From positions 32,001-96,000 of the forward strand of contig CAVSHB010000004.1 of assembly GCA_963727775.1 (NCBI GenBank): 64,000 bases of DNA. Direction: 5' to 3'. Below are positions 59,073 through 64,000 of this stretch, one piece after another. Under the pieces are notes generated by a model. The model searched no databases, was not told the DNA's origin, and saw only the letters and a program-made list of their open reading frames with translations. Source of the DNA: an uncultured Nitrospiraceae bacterium (GTDB taxonomy: Bacteria > Nitrospirota > Thermodesulfovibrionia > Thermodesulfovibrionales > SM23-35). Numbering within the stretch: position 1 is the stretch's first letter; each line of letters starts with the position of its first letter. A program made the translations under genes and the position numbers.

Positions 59073-60065
59073 ATGAAAAAAATAACCGTATCTTTGTTCA
59101 CGATTATGGCCATCGTTATCATGGCGGCAAACGCCTATTCCAAAGACAGCATTAAGGTGCTCATTCTGAATGATATTTGTTCAAAGGTCCCTGAGAAGAA
59201 CGAAAAAATGGAAAGACTCGGAAGTATGAAGGGAGACCTCCTCCTCATGGGGACGCGGTACACCGGTAATATCGACGTATGGAGAGGCGACAACGGCCTT
59301 TACGTAGTCAATGAATTGCCGTTGGAGGATTATGTCAAAGATGTAGTTGCGGCTGAAGTCGGACAAAGCTGGGACATGGAAGCGCTTAAGGCCCAAGCCG
59401 TCGTATCAAGGACATATGCCGTATACCAAAAAAATTCGGCGAACGGCAATTCAATATATCATATTGCGTCGTCGGTCCTTAACCAGGTATATAAAGGGAA
59501 CAGCGCCGACGCCAGGATAGCATATGCCGTTACGGAAACCAAAGGCGAAATACTCACATACAACGGCGAACCCATAGAGGCCTTTTACCATTCAACCTGC
59601 GGCGGAAAGACCGAAAACCCACAGGATGTCTTCGGAAAAAGTCTGCCTTATCTAAAGTCCGTGGAATCAGACTGTGATCTATCACCTTACCGGACATGGG
59701 ACAGGAAAATACCGCTGACGGAAATTGAAAAGGCATTGCGCCTTACCGGGATTAAAAAAATATCGATTAAATCCTATACTTCAACAGGCAGGGTAAAACA
59801 GCTTGCCGTAACAAGCAGTTCCGGTACGTCGGCGATCAACGCGACCGATTTAAGAAAGACCTTGGGATGGAGCCGCCTGCCGAGCACAAATTTTACTCTG
59901 TCAAATGACGGAGACTCAATCTTATTTGAGGGGAAGGGATACGGCCACGGCGTCGGCCTTTGTCAGTGGAGTGCGCTGAAGATGGCGCGCGACGGGAAAA
60001 CTTACAAAGAAATACTGTCCTTTTTTTATCCGGGAACGATAATACAACTTAATGAAAGTCTCTGA
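59073..60065 (+). CDS. SpoIID/LytB-domain protein
   Basis: NELPLEDYV, EALKAQAVVSRTYA, YHSTCGG, GYGHGVGLCQ. Confidence 0.92.
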   Translation: MKKITVSLFTIMAIVIMAANAYSKDSIKVLILNDICSKVPEKNEKMERLGSMKGDLLLMGTRYTGNIDVWRGDNGLYVVNELPLEDYVKDVVAAEVGQSWDMEALKAQAVVSRTYAVYQKNSANGNSIYHIASSVLNQVYKGNSADARIAYAVTETKGEILTYNGEPIEAFYHSTCGGKTENPQDVFGKSLPYLKSVESDCDLSPYRTWDRKIPLTEIEKALRLTGIKKISIKSYTSTGRVKQLAVTSSSGTSAINATDLRKTLGWSRLPSTNFTLSNDGDSILFEGKGYGHGVGLCQWSALKMARDGKTYKEILSFFYPGTIIQLNESL

Positions 60066-61059
60066 TTTCGATTATTCATTGCCTGAAAACCTGATAGCAA
60101 AAACACCCCTGAAGGAGCGCTCCGTTTCAAGACTGCTCGTGCTTCACAGGGACTGTTTTATAGAACACAAAAGGTTCTCCGACCTGCCTTCATATCTTGA
60201 CAAAGGCGATATTCTCCTAATAAATAACACAAAAGTTTTCCCTGCGAGGCTTACAGGATCGAAAAAAGATGGATCCAGGCTGGAGATCCTTCTTGTAAAA
60301 GAGAGTGCTGACGGAGTTTGGGAAGTTATGACCAAAGGTAATTTTACCGGTACGCTGAAGATCTCTGATGATCTGACGGCAGAGCTTTATAAAGGAACAA
60401 CCGCACGCTTTATATATTCCGGAAACTTTAGGGATATCATCTGGAAGCAGGGGAATATGCCTCTGCCGCCATATATCCGGCGGATGCCTGATGAATCGGA
60501 CAGGGAAAGTTACCAGACGATTTTCGCAAAAAATGAAGGGTCCATAGCCGCCCCTACAGCGGGACTTCACTTTACAGACGCACTCCTTACCCAGATAGCT
60601 TCTAAAGGGATACTGATCAAAGAACTTACCCTTCACGTTGGCATCGGCACATTCAAGCCTATCAGGACAGAAGATATCGAAGAACATTCAATGGACTCCG
60701 AGTATTTTGAGATGGACAAAGACCTCATTTCTGAAATTAAAGATACGAAGGCTTCAGGTAAAAGGGTGGTGTCTGTCGGGACAACCACAACAAGGGCGTT
60801 GGAAGGATATATGAGCGGCAAGTCTTCCATCATATCTGAAAATGTGAGATTAAAAGGCACAACCGATATTTTCATATATCCCGGATATTCCTTTAAGGTC
60901 ATCGATTCGCTCGTAACAAATTTTCACCTTCCCAGGTCAACCCCTTTGATGCTGGCCTCCGCCTTTTGCGGCTGGAAATATCTGGCAAAAGCTTACAAGG
61001 AAGCGATCCATTCCGAGTATAGATTTCTCTCATATGGTGATGCTATGCTTATCTTATGA
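60052..61059 (+). CDS. queA: SAM:tRNA ribosyltransferase-isomerase
   Basis: PLPPYI, AAPTAGLHFT, LHVGIGTF, NFHLPRST, SYGDAM. Confidence 0.97.
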   Translation: MKVSDFDYSLPENLIAKTPLKERSVSRLLVLHRDCFIEHKRFSDLPSYLDKGDILLINNTKVFPARLTGSKKDGSRLEILLVKESADGVWEVMTKGNFTGTLKISDDLTAELYKGTTARFIYSGNFRDIIWKQGNMPLPPYIRRMPDESDRESYQTIFAKNEGSIAAPTAGLHFTDALLTQIASKGILIKELTLHVGIGTFKPIRTEDIEEHSMDSEYFEMDKDLISEIKDTKASGKRVVSVGTTTTRALEGYMSGKSSIISENVRLKGTTDIFIYPGYSFKVIDSLVTNFHLPRSTPLMLASAFCGWKYLAKAYKEAIHSEYRFLSYGDAMLIL

Positions 61060-61733
61060 AACAGACCGATTTAAAGAAAAAATCGTCCGTAATTTTCCTC
61101 GGAAAAGGGATTATTATCCTGTCAATAATCACTATTTCTTCCGTAAGTTTTGTGCTCGGTTTTTTTGTAGGCAAAACGTCCCACCCTTCCGCAGAGAATT
61201 ATATCCCGACCGTTTCTTTACAGGATAGCGCGGTGCAAAAAGAGAAAGCGGCTGAAGTGGCAAAGGCATTGCCCCCCGTCCATACAACAGTTCAGGACCA
61301 GGAGACCAATCAGTTAGTTGCGCCTCAGGATACGAAACAATCCCAGGAAGTACAACGTGCTGAAACAATACAAAACAAAGACCCGCAACAAACCATTCAG
61401 CCTAAGGCAACGGAAAAACCTAAATTAAAGCAGGATGATAAAGAATCCGATGAGAACCTGGAACCCCGGAAAACCTCAAAGACATCGAAGGCAAAAAAAT
61501 ACACGCTCCAGGCAGGCGCCTTTAAAAACGCCTCTGAGGCGAATGCCCTTAAGTCGAAACTCCAAAAAAAAGGGTATAAGATATCCGTGACAACGACAAA
61601 ATCAAAGAACCACGAAAAACTCTATAAAGTGTTGGTCGGCGAATTCAACATCAGGAAAGAAGCTGAATTGCTCGCAGTTAAGATGAAAAAAAGCGAGGGG
61701 CTGCATCCCTTCGTAACCTTGAAAACAAATTAG
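61056..61733 (+). CDS. SPOR-domain membrane-anchored protein
   Basis: TM helix, Gln/Lys-rich linker, YTLQAGAF...YKVLVGEF. Confidence 0.88.
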   Translation: MKQTDLKKKSSVIFLGKGIIILSIITISSVSFVLGFFVGKTSHPSAENYIPTVSLQDSAVQKEKAAEVAKALPPVHTTVQDQETNQLVAPQDTKQSQEVQRAETIQNKDPQQTIQPKATEKPKLKQDDKESDENLEPRKTSKTSKAKKYTLQAGAFKNASEANALKSKLQKKGYKISVTTTKSKNHEKLYKVLVGEFNIRKEAELLAVKMKKSEGLHPFVTLKTN

Positions 61734-61742
61734 AGGGGCTTT

Positions 61743-62711
61743 ACGTTAACATTAGAGATCGAACTCGACAGCGAAAAAGAATCCGGACTTCTATTCGGCA
61801 GGCTTGATAAAAACCTTAAGGTAATCGAGGAGACCCTCGGCGTCATTGCCTCTCAACGCGGTAACAAAATATTTTTACAGGGGGCTGATAAGTCCGTGGA
61901 AAAAGCCGGGAAAATCATCCGGGACATCCGGTCGATAAACTCGGAAGGCTACAATCTCAATCCTGAAGATATCCGTTACGCGCTGAGGTCCGCATTGTCG
62001 GAAGACGGATATACATCAGTCAAGGACCTGTTCCTGAACAATATCCCCGTGTCTTCAAAAAAACGGTTTATCATACCTAAAACAGAGACCCAGAGACAGT
62101 ATATTGAAGCGATAAAAAATTATGACATCGTTATAGGCATCGGACCTGCCGGCACTGGAAAAACATATCTTGCGATGGCGATGGCCATTAATGCGTTTCT
62201 TAAAAAACAGGTAAGCAGGATAGTCCTTGCGAGGCCGGCTGTGGAAGCCGGAGAAAAACTCGGGTTCCTGCCCGGAGATTTATATGAGAAGGTAAATCCT
62301 TACCTCAGACCCTTGTATGACGCATTATTTGATATGATGGAGGCGGAGAAGGCAGGAAAACTGGTGGACAGGGGGATCATCGAGATAGCGCCGTTGGCAT
62401 TTATGAGAGGCCGGACCTTAAACGACTCGTTCATAATCCTCGATGAGGCGCAGAACACTACTTCCGAGCAGATGAAGATGTATCTTACAAGGCTCGGTTT
62501 TAACTCAAAGACGGTCATCACAGGCGATATCACGCAGATAGACCTGCCCCACGGAAAATCATCCGGCCTTATAGAGGCAGAGAAGATACTGAACGGCGTC
62601 GAAGGCATCAAATTCATATATTTTTCCGAGAAGGATGTGGTAAGACATAAGCTCGTCCAGGAAATTGTAAAGGCATACGAACGTTATGAAAAACGGTCAG
62701 CAGAAGACTAA
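61743..62711 (+). CDS. phoH: PhoH-like ATPase (YbeZ); start probably non-canonical
   Basis: GPAGTGKT, RPAVEAGE, RGRT, DEAQN; conserved N-terminal LFGRLDKNLKVIEE lies upstream of the first GTG. Confidence 0.9.
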   Translation, partial: TLTLEIELDSEKESGLLFGRLDKNLKVIEETLGVIASQRGNKIFLQGADKSVEKAGKIIRDIRSINSEGYNLNPEDIRYALRSALSEDGYTSVKDLFLNNIPVSSKKRFIIPKTETQRQYIEAIKNYDIVIGIGPAGTGKTYLAMAMAINAFLKKQVSRIVLARPAVEAGEKLGFLPGDLYEKVNPYLRPLYDALFDMMEAEKAGKLVDRGIIEIAPLAFMRGRTLNDSFIILDEAQNTTSEQMKMYLTRLGFNSKTVITGDITQIDLPHGKSSGLIEAEKILNGVEGIKFIYFSEKDVVRHKLVQEIVKAYERYEKRSAED

Positions 62712-64000
62712 GATACAGAACGTTACGGACCATTTAAGGACCTTTGTGAACGGGCAGGCGCCAAAGACAAACGGCGCGCCCGTTCAATCCGCAGGGCAGA
62801 ATAAATTTCCAAGGTTATATTTCATCATACTGTGCGGGCTTATAGCCTCACTCTCTATACAGAAAACACTCGGCATAGAACAGTTGCTCGGCGGTTTTTT
62901 CATCTCTTGTCTGCTGTTGTTTATTTTCTACAGAGACATCATGAGGTACAAACCTGCCTACATTAAAAAATATAATATGCTCCTCCTTCTCGGCCTGTTG
63001 ATCATCGGGACAATACTTATAGGCAGGCTCTTCGGCTATCTCTTTCAAAACCTTTCAAAAGGACTTGAGTACAAATACCTGGACAGCGCCCTATTCGGCG
63101 TTCCCATACCAGTCGGGGCGATGTTCGTTTCTCTCCTTTTTGATTTTCATACCGCAATAATATTTTCATTCATTGTCAGCCTGCTCACAGGCCTATGGCT
63201 TCATGACGCCTCATATACTATCTACGCATTTGTCGGAAGCATTACGGCGGCCTTCGGCGTTATACGGTGCAAGAAAAGGTCCGCGCTCCTGAAAGGAGGC
63301 GGATACGTTATTGCGGCAAACATTATGACCGTCATAATAATACTCCTTTTTAAGGGCGAGCTTTTCACCGTTAAAGCGCCGCCTTCAATGCTGTTCGCCG
63401 CGCTCGGAGGCATAAGCGTTACCGCTATTGTTTCGATCCTGCTCCCCGTCATCGAGTATCTGTTTAAGGTAACCACCGATATAAGCCTGCTCGAACTTCT
63501 TGATCTCAACCAGCCGATAATGAAAAGCCTCATGATCAGCGCGCCCGGGACATATCATCACAGCGTCATCGTCGGTAATCTGGTGGAATCCGCTGCGGAA
63601 GCGGTCGGCGTAAACCCCTTGCTTGCAAGGGTGAGCGCGTATTACCACGACATAGGCAAAGTAAAGATGCCCGATTATTTTGTGGAGAATCAGAGCGGTT
63701 CGATCAGCAGGCATGAGAAATTGACGCCCCATATGAGCAGTATGATAATCACGAACCACGTTAAGGAAGGAGTCGAACTTGCCAGGCAGCACAAGCTTCC
63801 CGAACCTATCATCGACATAATTGAGCAGCACCACGGCACTATGGTAATCAGCTATTTCTACCAGAAAGCAAAGCAGAAGGGAGATATTGCCCTGCCTACG
63901 GAGGAAGATTACAAATACCACGGCCCGAAACCGCAGACACGCGTTGCCGCATTGGTAATGATGGCCGACGCGGTGGAAGCAGCGTCAAAGGTCCTCACAG
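62686..64000 (+). CDS. 7TM-HD (HDIG) phosphohydrolase, PgpH-like; runs off window end
   Basis: Translated by eye from ATG 62686: TM region, LLELLDLN, APGTYHHS, YYHDIGK, QHHGT, MADAVEAAS. Confidence 0.88.
   Translation, partial: MKNGQQKTKIQNVTDHLRTFVNGQAPKTNGAPVQSAGQNKFPRLYFIILCGLIASLSIQKTLGIEQLLGGFFISCLLLFIFYRDIMRYKPAYIKKYNMLLLLGLLIIGTILIGRLFGYLFQNLSKGLEYKYLDSALFGVPIPVGAMFVSLLFDFHTAIIFSFIVSLLTGLWLHDASYTIYAFVGSITAAFGVIRCKKRSALLKGGGYVIAANIMTVIIILLFKGELFTVKAPPSMLFAALGGISVTAIVSILLPVIEYLFKVTTDISLLELLDLNQPIMKSLMISAPGTYHHSVIVGNLVESAAEAVGVNPLLARVSAYYHDIGKVKMPDYFVENQSGSISRHEKLTPHMSSMIITNHVKEGVELARQHKLPEPIIDIIEQHHGTMVISYFYQKAKQKGDIALPTEEDYKYHGPKPQTRVAALVMMADAVEAASKVLT

Overview
A mid-GC bacterial chromosomal window. 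The gene content and order suggest a Nitrospirota/Desulfobacterota-like anaerobe, which is a weak inference. It has three zones. (1) 1-19.9 kb: a co-oriented energy cluster, zwf(3' end)-pgl-nuoA,B,CD,E-N (E. coli-type complex I), then a Rieske protein, a cytochrome b/subunit IV/diheme c fusion and an atypical lipoamide dehydrogenase-like flavoprotein, with MITE-like inserts in two intergenic gaps. (2) 20-44.2 kb: an accessory zone. It holds a RIT-type recombinase remnant, a 3253-bp TGT...ACA element with TWO different DDE transposases and two paralogous HTH proteins inside one pair of terminal inverted repeats, and a few envelope/signalling genes. It also holds a decaying type III-A CRISPR-Cas locus: the array is split by IS1634 nested in IS1182 nested in a spacer, cas1 is frameshifted, cas10 carries an exact-looking 445-bp tandem duplication and an IS200 truncation, csm2-5 are absent, and cas6 has a nonsense codon. 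Three intact toxin-antitoxin pairs and a repeat-flanked GxxExxY gene sit in the same locus. (3) 44.4-64 kb: housekeeping genes (surE, pcm, MoxR trio, argH, csp, gmhA, ruvCAB, queH, queA, phoH, 7TM-HD). The best candidates for something undescribed are the dual-transposase element and the stacked [cas6 3' end + convergent TA] modules. All calls are by eye from motifs and no database search was run.
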